64,000 nt of DNA from the human T2T-CHM13v2.0 reference genome, Homo sapiens, in NCBI RefSeq assembly GCF_009914755.1, contig NC_060938.1. One strand, 5' to 3'. Shown here in pieces: positions 1 to 16,514 of the stretch (position 1 is the first letter of the stretch; each line of letters starts with the position of its first letter). The translations under genes and the position numbers were made by a program. The notes under the pieces were generated by a model. The model saw only the letters and a list, made by a program, of their open reading frames with translations, had not been told where the DNA came from and did not search any database.

Positions 1-99
1 AAAATACATAATAAAACAAAGTTCAACATTTGGGAAATACCAGGTGAATTATAGTGTTACCCATACAGTAGAATACAATGTGGTCATTAAAAAACATTA

Positions 100-416
<317 letters not shown>

Positions 417-1813
417 GCACTAAAGGGCATTTCATGACAGAAAGGTATTCATTATATATAAGGATAATAGCAAGTGACAAAATGCAGAACATACAATTTT
501 ACAGCAGGTGTTTTTTTTTTTTTTTCTTTTGAGAGCATGGACATAGACAAATGGCTGGAAGGAAATACACCAGTATGTTTTAATGACTATCTTGAGTGGT
601 TTTTAAAATTTTCTGAATTTTCCAAATTAACAAAAACACATTCTAGTCTGTTGAATAGGAAAAAAATACTACTTAAAAAAATAAGGAAAAGTTGTATGCC
701 ATTTTAGAAACAAAATTGTACTTAAATCTCTGAATTTTCTAGGCAGTTAAATTTTTGAGCTCTTCTGTGGACTGTTTCTAAATAAAAATGAGTAGATCCA
801 TTAACAATTGATCAGTTTATACAAGTGATAAATAGCAAGGTGAATGTTTCCCATACATATCTCATTTCCCATACTCAGGATGTGCTTGCATAAGTAGGAA
901 TTGAGAGCAAAAGAAATGGTAGGCTGTTGGGTCATGGGCAAGAGACGATTTAGTTGGCCAAAGAAGCATATTTTCTTAAGCAAATGTTGGCCAAGATGTT
1001 ACTTTATGTTTTCGGGCTGTCTTCACTGTAGTTGGAGAACTGTGAACTCTTGGTATTAAGTACTCAGTAGGAGCAAAGAACCATTTGGAATGTCTGTCAA
1101 TCTTAAATAGAACTGCAGCTGTTTGGCTGAGAGGTGAAATGGACCTGGATTTTTTTTTTTTGGCGGGGGGGCTTTGAAAGTAGTTTTTGTATAACAAAGA
1201 GGTGATGAGAACTAAAGTGATTACAAAAGTGTTCATAGGAGTTCAGTTTCTTTCCAGGCTTTGGGTTTAAGAATGACTGTTTCTGCCCATGGGGAAATAA
1301 ATTGGCATTTTTCTGCTTTCGTTTGTTTTTTAGTTATTGATGTTCTAGAAATTTCAACAAAATAAGGAGTGTTTTTGTATTTCAAATGTAGTGCCCGTTT
1401 CTTTATTTCTTTCTGGTACTTTCCACTGGTTTGTGTTGATAATATGATCTGGAAGGTAGCGATAATGCATGGGAATTTATAAATGATCACAAAATACTTT
1501 GTCACAGGAAATCTGGAGAAATAATGACTTTGGCATATGTATAAGAGAAGTATCTCTAACTGTTAAGTCTAAACTAAAAGCTTGTTACTTTTCGGTTTGG
1601 TATAACCAAAAAAAATTTGAAAAATAAAATAGAAGTAATGATTTGTTTTCTCAGGTGTAGTTGTATTTGACTGACTCTATTGTAGGAGGACACGTTTAAG
1701 ACTGAATGGTTGGATAACGGTAAAGACGTCCTTTGAATGGAGAGTTGAATCTGATAGGTTGAAGTTTTGGATATTGAATGAAAAGAGAAAAGAGAGCCGG
1801 ACAAGCTGAAAAT

Positions 1814-1960
1814 TCCTGTAGTTCCAACTACTGGGGAGGCTGAGGTGGGAGGATCACCTGAGCCCAGGAGTTTGAGACTGCAGTGAGCTATGATCATGCC
1901 ACTGCGTTCCAGTCTGGATGACAGAGTGAGACCCTGTGTCAAAAAATAAGTAAATAAAAA
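1814..1960 (+). mobile_element. Alu right monomer (FRAM/AluJ fragment)
   Basis: cctgtagttccaactact...gagaccctgtgtc plus A-rich tail. Confidence 0.9.
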
Positions 1961-2170
1961 GAGGAAAGAGCTAAAATGAGAATTCAATCTGATTCAGAAT
2001 ATAAAAATATTCTACTGTCCCATCATTTTTTGTTCTTTAATAAGCTTTAACATTGAAGTATAATGTATATAAAGAAAAGCACACAAATTATAATGTACAA
2101 CTCAATGATTTTCATAAAATTAACACTCCCCTGTAACCGTTGGTCAAAACAGATCAAGATACAGAACGTT

Positions 2171-2464
2171 GCGCCTGGTGCTGTGGCTCATGCCTGTGAT
2201 CCCAGCACTTTGGGAGGCTGAGGCTGGCAGATCACTTGAGCTCAGGAATTCCAGACCAGCCTGGGCAACATGATAAAATCCAGTGTCTACAAAAAATACA
2301 AAAATTAGCCGGGCCTGCTGGTGTACACCTGTAGTCCCAGCTACTTGGGAGGCTGAGGTGGGAGGATCACCTGAACCTGGGAAGTCAAGGCTGGAGTGAA
2401 CCAAGATCACACCATTGTACTCCAGCCTGGGTGACAGGAGTGAGACCCTATCTCAAAACAAAAC
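2171..2464 (+). mobile_element. AluJ
   Basis: Full dimer with J-type ggaggatcacctgaacctgggaagtcaaggctg. Confidence 0.93.
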
Positions 2465-2708
2465 ACCTTTCTAGTACATAAATACAAAATCTCCTTTGTG
2501 CCCCTTCTAGTCCCTACTTGCCCCTTCCTCTCAAAGCATTACTGTGACTTATACTATCATAGAATAATTTTGTTTATCTTTGAACTTTATGTAAATGGAA
2601 TAACAAATCACATACTCTTTTGTGTCTGACTTTTGATCAGCGTTTAAATTATGACATCGGCCATATCATTTGGGTTTTCTCCCATTGCTATATAGTATTT
2701 CATTGTAA

Positions 2709-3145
<437 letters not shown>

Positions 3146-3409
3146 GTACATGCATTTTCATTGGATATATAACTAGGAAGTGGAATTGCTAGATCATAGG
3201 GGTATATGTATATTTAGCTTTAGTAGGTACTTCCAAATATTAATAGTTTTCCAAAGTGGTTATATCAATTTACAAACCTATCAGCAATTTCAGTTGCTCC
3301 AAGTCCTTACCAACAGGTGTATTCTCAGTCTTTTAACTTCTAGTCGTTCTAATAAATGGTATCTTAATGTGGTTTTAATTTGCATTTCCTTAATGACTAA
3401 TGAGGTTGA

Positions 3410-3816
<407 letters not shown>

Positions 3817-4007
3817 TGGATTATCAGTCTTTAAAAAAATGATTTGTAAGTACTGTTTATATATTCTGGATATCCACCCTTTGTCAGTCACATAAATTGC
3901 AAATATTCCACTTTGTAGCTTCCCTTTTAATTTTCTTAATGGTATGTTTTAATGAACCAAAGAGTTTTTTCCCCCAACTTTTTATTTGTTGAAATTTGAA
4001 ATCTTTA

Positions 4008-4605
<598 letters not shown>

Positions 4606-4611
4606 GTTTCA

Positions 4612-4742
4612 AGCCAGGCTCAGTGGTATGCACCTGTAGTTTCAGCTACTCTGGATGCTGAGGTGGGAGGATCATTTGAGCCCAGAAGTTTGAGTCCAGC
4701 CTAGGTAACACAGGGAGACTCTGTCTCAAAGAAAGAAAAAAA
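4612..4742 (+). mobile_element. FLAM monomer
   Basis: ~130-bp monomeric Alu with A-rich tail. Confidence 0.85.
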
Positions 4743-5306
4743 GCTTAAAACTATTCCAAAAAAAACCATGTAGTAGGCACAAGTATTTCTAAAAATAAAC
4801 TATACACAGTAGATTTTCCCCTTGGAGTCAAGTTGTAAATTCTATCAGCAGAGCATTGACCTAAATCATTATAACCCAACAGAAATCAGTGGCTCCCATA
4901 TAATTCCCAGAGGTTTCCCTGTCCCCACCCAAACAACTTTTCTCTATTCAGCAATTCTCCATTGCTTAGATCTGCTGTTTCCATTCTATATTATTGATTT
5001 ACTCTATATTTCTTATACCACTAGCCATAATGATTTTCATGCATGTAACAAACAGATTTCATCTATTGATTTCATAAGTAAGTGATGCAAGTTTTAATGA
5101 CTAATGTGAGACTAACATTTTCCTTATTCGTTCCTTTCCAATTCTAAGATATTTTAATGCATCAACTGAATAGTGAAGTCATTATTGCAAATGCTTTTAT
5201 CACATAGTGCCGAAGTTAGTTAGCAAATAGTTAAAGAAAATAGTTAAAGATGCTTTGGTTTTTCCAGGAAAGTGGTTTTCCAAAAATTTTCAAATAATGA
5301 TGGTAA

Positions 5307-5627
<321 letters not shown>

Positions 5628-5859
5628 ACACCTTCACTTTCTCCACTGGAATTTTTGTTTATCATGTAACCAGTAACAATATTCTCATATTCCCATGAGG
5701 AGAAGAGGTTGAGGAAGAAAAGAATTCACACTAGTAATGTAGTATTTTATTTCTGAGATGCTACAGCTTTGACATTATTATAACCCAAATTAAAAGAACA
5801 GGAGTGTCATTAACCAAAAAGGAGAATATTGCTAAACGGAACTGTAGTAAAATTTAAAA

Positions 5860-6170
5860 CTTATGTTCAAATTGGAGATATTTTATTATGGATTGAAAAT
5901 CAGATAATTGTATTGTGTTAAATTTTTTGAGTTTGTTAATTATATTGTAGCTATGTAGGAGAATATCCTTGTTCTTAGGAGACAATGCTGAAGTATTTAG
6001 GGATGAACTATCATGGTGTCTGCAGCTAGCTCTCAGATAGCTCAGGAATAAAACAACAAAATTTAAAAATATAAATAGATGAAGCAAGTGTGTAATGTTA
6101 ACAGTTGGTGAGCAGGTGAAGAGTATATGATTATTCATTGTAGTATTCTTTGTTTCTATTTTATTTAAAA
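5860..6170 (+). mobile_element. L1MC-type 3' UTR fragment
   Basis: gtaggagaatatccttgttcttaggagac...gctgaagtatttagggatgaa, typical of L1MC 3' ends. Confidence 0.7.
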
Positions 6171-6266
6171 TATGTTAGGATATTTTAGGCTCTAGAAAAT
6201 TTCACTGGACACTTGTGAGAGTATGAGTGAAAAGAGCATCTTAGTATTATACAAATAATTTTTACC

Positions 6267-6589
6267 TGTCCGGGTGCAGTGGCTCACACCTGTAATCCCA
6301 GTACTTTGGGAGGCCAAGATGGGCAGATCACTTGAGGTCAGGAGTTTGAGATCAGCCTGACCAACATGGTGAAACCCTGTCTCTACTAAAAATATAAAAA
6401 TTAGCTGGGTATGGTGGCAGGCACCTGTAATCCCAAATACTTGGGAGGCTGAGGCAGGAGAATTGCTTGAACCTGGGAGGCAGAGGTTGCAGTGAGCCAA
6501 GATCATGTGCTACGGCACTCCAGCCTGGGTGACAGAGTGAGACTCTGTCTCAAAAAAACAAAACAAACAAACAAAAACAAAAACAAAAA
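6267..6589 (+). mobile_element. AluS
   Basis: Full dimer with (CAAAA)n tail. Confidence 0.95.
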
Positions 6590-6799
6590 CCAGTTTTGAC
6601 CTAGTGGACCCCCAAAAGAAGTATGGCGAGCCCAGGATCTGCAGGTGTTCCCTGACCACACTTTGAGATTTGTTGCCTTAGAGTATTATTTTGATGATTT
6701 GATACAGCCTTATTTATAAAACTCTTAGCTCACTGTCTGGATCTTAATAAGTTCTTAAAAACTATTAACTGTTGTTACTCTTATGAGCAGCATATGAGA

Positions 6800-7310
6800 A
6801 ATTTTAAGCATGGTAGACATCTGATCATATTTACATTCTTAGGTCACTTTGCTAACATGGTAGAAGGTAGATTGGTGAGGAATGAAAATAGCAACAGGGA
6901 GATGAGTTAGATTACTTTAGTAAACTAGACTACAATGGTAAGCCCTTGAACTAAGACAGTAGAAATATTACTGGAGCATAAAGGATGGGTTCTATAAATC
7001 CTAGTAGGAGAATGGAAAGTTTTAGTGACTGATTGGATATATTGGGATTGGGAAGTCCTGGGCAGTAAGAATGAGGAACCAAGAACAATTCTTAGGTTTC
7101 TAGCTTAGGTGTATATAGGAAGAAGAAGACCTTTGAGAAGAAAGATTTGGGAGTTCATTTATAAGTGTATCTGTAGGCTATCTAGGTGGAAATAAATACC
7201 TAGGAGACAATTGAATAGATACTAGAGCACAGGGAATTTGGATCCTTGATCCATAGGTTTTATTTAAAGCCATAGATGAGAGAAGCCAGGAGGATGTGTA
7301 GCATTAAATA
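6800..7310 (-). mobile_element. L2 fragment
   Basis: Purine-rich degenerate L2 motifs (ttttaagcatggtagac...gactgattggatat...ggtttctagcttagg). Confidence 0.6.
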
Positions 7311-7322
7311 TAGAACCGTGGT

Positions 7323-7515
7323 GTGGTAGGCACCCTCTAAGACGGTCCCCAGTGATCCCTGCTACTAGTGTGCCCTTGTTTAATCATCTCTTGAGGGTGG
7401 GCTGGACCTAATGATAGTAAAAGTGATGGAATCCCACTTCTGAGATTAAGTTACCAAAAGACCATGGCTTCTGTTCTCCCCTTCATCCCCCAGAGAAGCA
7501 CATTGCCATGTGAGT
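7323..7515 (+). mobile_element. MLT1E/F-like MaLR LTR fragment
   Basis: Starts tgtggtaggcaccctctaagacggtccccagtgatccc; contains cacttctgagattaagtta. Confidence 0.7.
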
Positions 7516-7539
7516 ATAAAGAAAACTAGCCTGGGATTT

Positions 7540-7700
7540 CAGAGATCCTGGTTATTGGAAGTAGATCTGTTCTACTTACTGACTTGATAAATAACCTCTC
7601 TCTGAGTTTCATTTTCCTTTTCTGTGAAATTAAGGTAATAATAATGCCTCTTAATGAGCTGTTGAGAGAGTTAAATTGGATGATGATTATAAAATGCTTA
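7540..7700 (+). mobile_element. MIR
   Basis: Core-like cctctctctgagtttcattttccttttctgtgaaat. Confidence 0.65.
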
Positions 7701-8212
7701 GTATGAGTCTTCATGATCTTGGATTTGGCCATGGATTTTTATTTATTTATTTTTTTTACAAGATGATCATGGACTTTATTCATTTCCAAATTGTAATGTT
7801 CAGATATGTTACTGGAATCAAAAAAGAATTGAGCTAGGTTCCTGGAAACAAAATAAATAGACTAACCAAATTCTATATCCAAGACAAACAGAAAAAAAGA
7901 AATTAAAAATACCATCTAAGATGTCAGACAGTAATAAAGATGTAGTACATCTACAGAATGATGTATGTAAGATCTCTATAGTTATACAATAACACTTCAT
8001 GGAGAGCCTTTGTAAAAGACCAAATGAGTGAATATGAATAAATACTGTAAGTAGATTAGAAAGCTCAGTATCTTAAAGATTCAGTTTCTCCCAGAAACAT
8101 TCGTGAATTTAATATAATTCAAATTACAATCCCCCAAAATTTCTTGAAACTTGAAAGTTCATTTTAAAATTTTATAGAAAATCAAAGAGCCAGTAAAAGC
8201 TAAGAGGCTCCT

Positions 8213-8517
8213 GGGTAGGTGCAGTGGCTCATGCCTGTAACCCTAGCCCTTTGGAAGGCTGAGGTGGGAGGATTGCTTGAGCTCAGGAGTTTGAGACCAG
8301 CCTGGGCAACATGATGAAACCCCATCTCTGCAAAAAATGCAAAATTAGCTGGGCATGGTGATGTGCACCTATAATCCCAGCTACTCAGTGGGGCTGAGGT
8401 CAGAGAATCACTTGAGCCTGGGAGGTGGAGGTTGCAGTGAGCCAAGATTGCACCACTGCACCCCAGCCTGGGTGACAGAGCAAGACCCTGTCTCAAAAAA
8501 AAAAAAAAAAAAAAAAA
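8213..8517 (+). mobile_element. AluJ
   Basis: Full dimer; TSD aaaagctaagaggctc / aaaagctgagaggctc. Confidence 0.93.
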
Positions 8518-8540
8518 GCTGAGAGGCTCTTGATAAAGAA

Positions 8541-10580
<2,040 letters not shown>

Positions 10581-10789
10581 CTAGCTAGTATGGTGTTTGA
10601 CACCTAGCAAGCTACCAATAAATTTAAAATATTATTACATAGTGTCACCTTTATCAGAAATTTAGCTTCGTGACCTTGGTCATCAATTTCCTGAGCTGAA
10701 AAAATGAAGTTGTTGGAATAGAAGACCTCTAAGGTCCTTACAGCATTAAAATTCTACTATATTAAGGCCTAGTGTTTCTAATTCATACA

Positions 10790-11640
10790 GTTAATATTTA
10801 TTATGTAACTTCAGAGTACTATGCTAGGCAGCAAGGACTTAGCAGTAAATAAGACAGATATAGTTCCTGCTGTCATAAAGCTAACATTCTAGTAGATAAG
10901 GCCTTACACAAATAATTATTTGCTGAGATATTGTTCTAAGTACAATGTGGGACAAGGCCTAAGAGGGCAGGGATGGGTCTCCTGAGAAAAAGATATTTCG
11001 GTATGAAGAATGAGTAGGAGTTAACTGGGTGGAGAGAACGGAGATGAGCTTTCAGAAGGGAACAGCAAAGTCTGGTAGTGGGAAGGTGCACAGTGTCTTT
11101 GAAGAACTGAAAGAAGACTAATATGAATTCAGACAGTGACTGGTGAGATAGACAGGTTGGCTCATGTGAGATTTCTTAGGTTTACTAAGGATTTTGGGTA
11201 TTATACTGAGAGCACTGGGAAGCCACTGAAAGGCTTTAAGCAAACAATATTCAGTTTCTGATCATGTAAAAAATGGTTTGCAGGAAGGCAAGTGAGGAAC
11301 TAGGGAAATAAAGTAGGAAGTCATTGCAATAGCTAAGACTGCTGCCTGGAACTAGGGTACTGGTAGTGGACATGGAGAGAAGTAGTTAATTTGAGAATGA
11401 CTTAGGACACAGAATAAGTCTTTTTTTAAACTTAATTTTTTTTTTGAGATGGGGTCTTGCTATGTTGCCCAGGCTGATCTTGAACTCCTGGCCTCAAGCA
11501 CTCTTCCCATCTTGGCCTCCCAAAGTGCTGGGATTACAGGCATGAACCACCACGCCTGTCTGGGACAGAGAATAAGTCTTGATGGACTGGCTGTGGGAAA
11601 GGGGAGAAGGGTGTCAGGGATGACTCCTAGATTTCTCTTG
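10790..11640 (-). mobile_element. L2 fragment (interrupted by FLAM)
   Basis: gtactatgctaggc...aataagacagatatagttcctgc; gggaagccactgaaaggctttaagca. Confidence 0.7.
11436..11562 (-). mobile_element. FLAM monomer
   Basis: Monomer; TSD ggacacagaataagtctt / ggacagagaataagtctt. Confidence 0.88.
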
Positions 11641-11676
11641 AGCATGTAAGTCAGTGGCATGCAAAGAACATTGGAG

Positions 11677-12332
11677 GGACCTCTGCTTTTGGTCAACTTG
11701 GTATGTCAGGGACTAGATTCACCTTCTTACCTGAAACAGTTTTTTTAAATGGAAAATATATGAAATAATGATTTTCAGGATGCTGGACATCAGGCAACAA
11801 AGGACAGTAATCACTAAAGAGAAAGGTGAACTTTGTGACTGCCCCAAGCTTACTGCTTTGAAAGAATTTCCAGGCTGTGGTGCAGGGAGAGGGACCCAGG
11901 CAGAGGCTGGTGGGCTTCCTGAGTTGAAGAAATGGAGCTGAGAGTGTGGAGAGGCCAAGACAGCTAGAGTTCACAGGACAGCAGAGTACCGGAGAGGAGA
12001 GGGCGGCACAGAGAAAGAAGAGAGATCCACAGAGGGTCCTCCTGGAGTATTTAGCTGAGGACTGATCAGCACATTCATGTGAGGGAGCTTCTTGAGGATG
12101 AAGAAAGAACCATCCAAAAGGATTGGAAGGAACAGTGCCTGGCACCACTGGGCCAGTAATAGTGCCTACTCCCACTGGACTGGAGAAACCTCATCATTCA
12201 CAGGACACCAGGGAGGACTCAAAAGGATCTTGCCTCTGTAGTGTGGAATACATCTGTCAAAACATACCAAACTATACACTTCAAATATGTGCATTATCAT
12301 ATGTGAATTATATCTCAGTAAAGCTTTTTACT
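11677..12332 (+). mobile_element. L1MC/MD-type 5' UTR joined directly to an L1 3' terminus
   Basis: 5'-UTR-like ggacctctgcttttgg...cagggactagattcacc to ~12250, then catctgtcaaaac...tatctcagtaaag. Confidence 0.6.
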
Positions 12333-12344
12333 AAAGAACGCTGT

Positions 12345-12660
12345 GGCTGGGTGCAGTGGCTCATGCCTGTAATCCCAGCACTTTGGGAGGCCGAGACAGG
12401 CAGATCACTTGAGATCAGGATTTCAAGTTCAGCCTGGCCAACATGGTAAAACCTCGTCTCTACTAAAAAGTACAGAACATTAGCCTGCTGTGGTGGTGCA
12501 CGCCTGTAATCCCAGCTACTCAGGAGGCTGAGGCATGAGAATCTTGAGCCTGCGAGACTGAGGTTGCAATGAGCCAAGATCGCACCACTGCACTCCAGCC
12601 TGGGCAACAGAGCAAGACTCTGTCTAAAAAAACAAAACAAAACAAAACAAAAACAACAAC
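12345..12660 (+). mobile_element. AluS
   Basis: Full dimer with (CAAAA)n tail. Confidence 0.94.
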
Positions 12661-13230
12661 CCTGGAGGAGGAACAGATTGTAAGGAAAGATTATGCATTT
12701 AGTTTTTGACATGGGGTTTGGCTTTGGTTGTTAACTGGAGACATTGTTTAGGCAGTTAAATGTATGAATGAGTGAGTTAGTTTTAGTGGGATGGTGGAGG
12801 CAGTTTGAAATGGAGTGAGGAATGAGTGGAAGGTAGGAAATGGAAACAGGATAGGGAGATAATTCTTTCAGAGTTTGACTCTTAAGAGGGACAAAGGGTG
12901 AAAGCTAGTGGGAGAAGTGGAGTCAGAGTTTAGTTGCTTTAGGATGATAGACTTAATATATATTTAAATCTCAATGCCACGATAGAAGATGCAGGTTAAT
13001 CAAATATAAGTAAGGTTTCTGAGAGGGCGCAGGTGAATCAAATATAAGTAAGGTTTCTGAGAGGGTTTGAAGGCATAGCACTTAGAATATGGATGTGTTG
13101 GCTTTAGATTGGAAGAGAGCTACTTTGTCTACTCTTGTATAACAAGGGAAATGAGAGAGGATAGATGAAGATCAGGTTTGTGAGTTGGTGGGAAGATGAA
13201 GAGGTGCTTATATGTTGGATCCCAGACTGC
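12661..13230 (-). mobile_element. L2 fragment (continuation)
   Basis: tttagtttttgacatg; aattctttcagagtttgac. Confidence 0.55.
12991..13065. repeat. 38-bp tandem duplication (2 copies)
   Basis: gcaggt(t/g)aatcaaatataagtaaggtttctgagaggg at 12991 and 13029. Confidence 0.95.
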
Positions 13231-13255
13231 TTTTCTGTATTTCTAAATTACATGC

Positions 13256-13910
13256 AGCCGGGCACAGTGGCTCACACCTGTAATCCCAACACTCTGGGAG
13301 GCTGAGGCAGGAGGCTCACTTGAGCACAAGAGTTTGATATTAACCCAAACAACATAGTGAGAACCCATCTGTACAAAAAATAATTAGCCAGGTGTGGTGA
13401 CACACACCTGTAGTCACAGCTACTTGGGAGGCTGAGACAAGAGGATTCCTTGAATCCAGGAATTCGAGGCTGCAGTGAGCTGTGACCATGTCACTTTACT
13501 CCAGCCTGGGGGACAGAGTGAGACCCTATGTATAGTCTGTTTTCATGCTGCTGATAAAGACATACCCCAGACTGGGAAGAAAAAGAGGTTTAATGGACTT
13601 ACAGTTCCACATAGCTGGGGAGACCTCACAATCATGGCAGAAGGCAAGGAGGAAAACATCACGTCTTACATGGATGGCGGCAGGCAAAAAGAGAGCTTGG
13701 GCAGGGAAACTTCTCCTTTTAAAACCATCAGATCTCATGCAGACCCACTTGCTATCAGGAGAACAGTATGGGAGAAACTGCCCCCGTGATTCAGTTATCT
13801 CCCACCAGGTCTGTCCTACAACACGTGGGAATTATGGGAGCTACAGGATGAGATTTGGATGTGAACAAAGAGCCAAACCATATCACCCTGTCTCAAAAAA
13901 AATAAATAAA
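13256..13910 (+). mobile_element. AluJ interrupted near its 3' end by a THE1 LTR
   Basis: Alu stops at gtgagaccct (13527) and resumes at ccctgtctcaaaa (13886). Confidence 0.9.
13529..13885 (-). mobile_element. THE1 (MaLR) solo LTR
   Basis: Ends agccaaaccatatca (reverse complement of the THE1 start tgatatggtttggct); ctgctgataaagacatacc; 5-bp TSD cccta/ccctg. Confidence 0.92.
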
Positions 13911-13955
13911 TTACATGAACACATATTAGGGAATGAGGAATTTATTAGATAGGCA

Positions 13956-14285
13956 TTTTTTGTTTTTTTTTTTGTTTTTTTTTTTGTTTTTTTTTTTTTT
14001 TTTTGAGACAGTCTCGCTCTTTTGCCAAGCTGGAGTGCAGTGGCTCAGCTCACTGCAACTCTGCAACTTCTGCCTCCTGGGTTCAAGCGATTCTCCTGCC
14101 TCAGCCTCCCAAGTAGCTAGGATTACAGGCGTGTACCACCACTCCTGGCTAATTTTAATATTTTTAGTAGAGACAGGGTTTCATCATGTTGGCCAAGCTG
14201 GTCTCAAACTCCTGACCTCAGGTGATCTGCCTGCCTTGGCCTCCCAAAGTGCTGAGATTACAGGCATGAGCCACCACACCTAGCC
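13956..14285 (-). mobile_element. AluS
   Basis: Full antisense dimer. Confidence 0.94.
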
Positions 14286-14296
14286 TAAATTGGCCA

Positions 14297-14593
14297 TTTT
14301 TTTTTTTTTTTTTTTTTTTTGAGACGGAGTCTCACTCTGTCACCCAGGCTGGAGTTCAGTGGTCTTGGCTCACTGCAACCTCCACCCGGAAGGTTCAAGT
14401 GATTCTCGTGCCTCAGCCTCCCAAGTAGCTGGGATTACAGGCATGTGCCACCACGCGTGGCTAATTTTTTTTGTTTAGAGATGGGGTTTTGCCTTGTTGG
14501 TCAGGCTGGTCTCAAATGCCTGACCTCAAGTGATCCACCCGCCTTGGCCTCCCAAAGTGCTAGGATTACAGGCATGACCCACCGTGCCCGGCC
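14297..14593 (-). mobile_element. AluS
   Basis: Full antisense dimer. Confidence 0.94.
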
Positions 14594-14657
14594 CTAAATA
14601 GGCTTTTAATTGTAGAATTGACAACCAAAAATTTAAACATAATTTATGAATTAAAAT

Positions 14658-14794
14658 TTTTATTATTTATTTATTTATTTATTGAGATAGGATCTCTGTT
14701 GCCTGGCTGGTCTCCCACTCCTGGGCTCAAGCATTTCTCCTGCCTTGGCCTCCCAAAGTGCTAGGATTACAGGTGTGAGCCACGTCACCCAGCC
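14658..14794 (-). mobile_element. FLAM monomer
   Basis: (TTTA)n tail plus monomer. Confidence 0.85.
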
Positions 14795-15026
14795 CACAAA
14801 TTAAATTTTTTATTCTTAAGTATTCCTATTGTCTATTTGCCTTCTAGGCTATCGTGCAACAAATAACCAGCCCAAATCCCATCATCCATTGTCCAGTATA
14901 GTTGTGCTTTTCATGGCTGTTAGCAATCTTGAGTAAACCCTGGTGTCAGCTTAGAATTCCTAAGTGCTATGGTGTTTCTAAGTGAGATTGAGGGATATCC
15001 AAGAATAAACTTTGCTATTTAAGTGA

Positions 15027-15322
<296 letters not shown>

Positions 15323-15504
15323 GTAGGCTTAAACTTTTTAATACATGCCGATTTTATAGCTGAAAAATTATGTTTCAGTATTTTTAATACGCATTTCTTG
15401 GTTGCGAATAAAGTAATGTTTACTGGCCACTTGTTTTTCCTCCTTTTATGAATTTTCTGTTATACTGTTATAGTCCTTGTCTGTTTTTCTGTTGGTTGAG
15501 TTTC

Positions 15505-15960
15505 CAGGATTTAAAGATGAGGAAACTAAGACCTAAAAGAAGTGACTTTCCCAGGGCCAACTAGTAATTTAGTGATAGAATCAATCATCATAGCATGTTA
15601 AAGCTGGAAGGAATCTTAGAGACAGAGTCACAACCCTGTAATATAACAGATGCAGAAACAGAGGGCTAAAGATCTTAGGTGACTTACCTAAAGACAGCTA
15701 CAAAGCTCATTAGTGACAGAACCTGGCATCTGAATCTTGAGATCATGAAAAGGGAAAGGCATGTTAACATTTATGAGCCTGTTATGTTTCTTACATGTGT
15801 ATACTCATTTAATTCTCACTACTATTCTTTATTATTCCCATTTAAACAGATGAGGTAACTTGAGGTTCAGAGAGCTTCAATTATTTGCCCAGAGTCACAG
15901 TTATTTGTAAAACTGGGGCTGGAGTCCAGGTCTTCTGATTCTTAATCCAGGGGTTTCATT
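15505..15960 (-). mobile_element. Cluster of MIR fragments
   Basis: Repeated cores agatgaggaaactaag, acagatgcagaaacagagg, ttgcccagagtcacag. Confidence 0.7.
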
Positions 15961-16202
15961 GCCTCATAATAGTAACAGTGGATGTCTCTTCGCTTCACTC
16001 AAATGCTCTTTTGATAAAATATGATTTGCTTCTTGGAGCTTGTAAATAACCTTTATTTCACAGTTCCTGCTGATACTGGACACCAGTCTGACACTTAAGA
16101 CACTTGGAAGCTTAAGGAACTTTTTGTTATAAAGAAAAGCAGATCAAGGACCATCTTATGCTTATTGGGTGAATAGAATTGAGATCCATGCACTACATAT
16201 GA

Positions 16203-16514
<312 letters not shown>

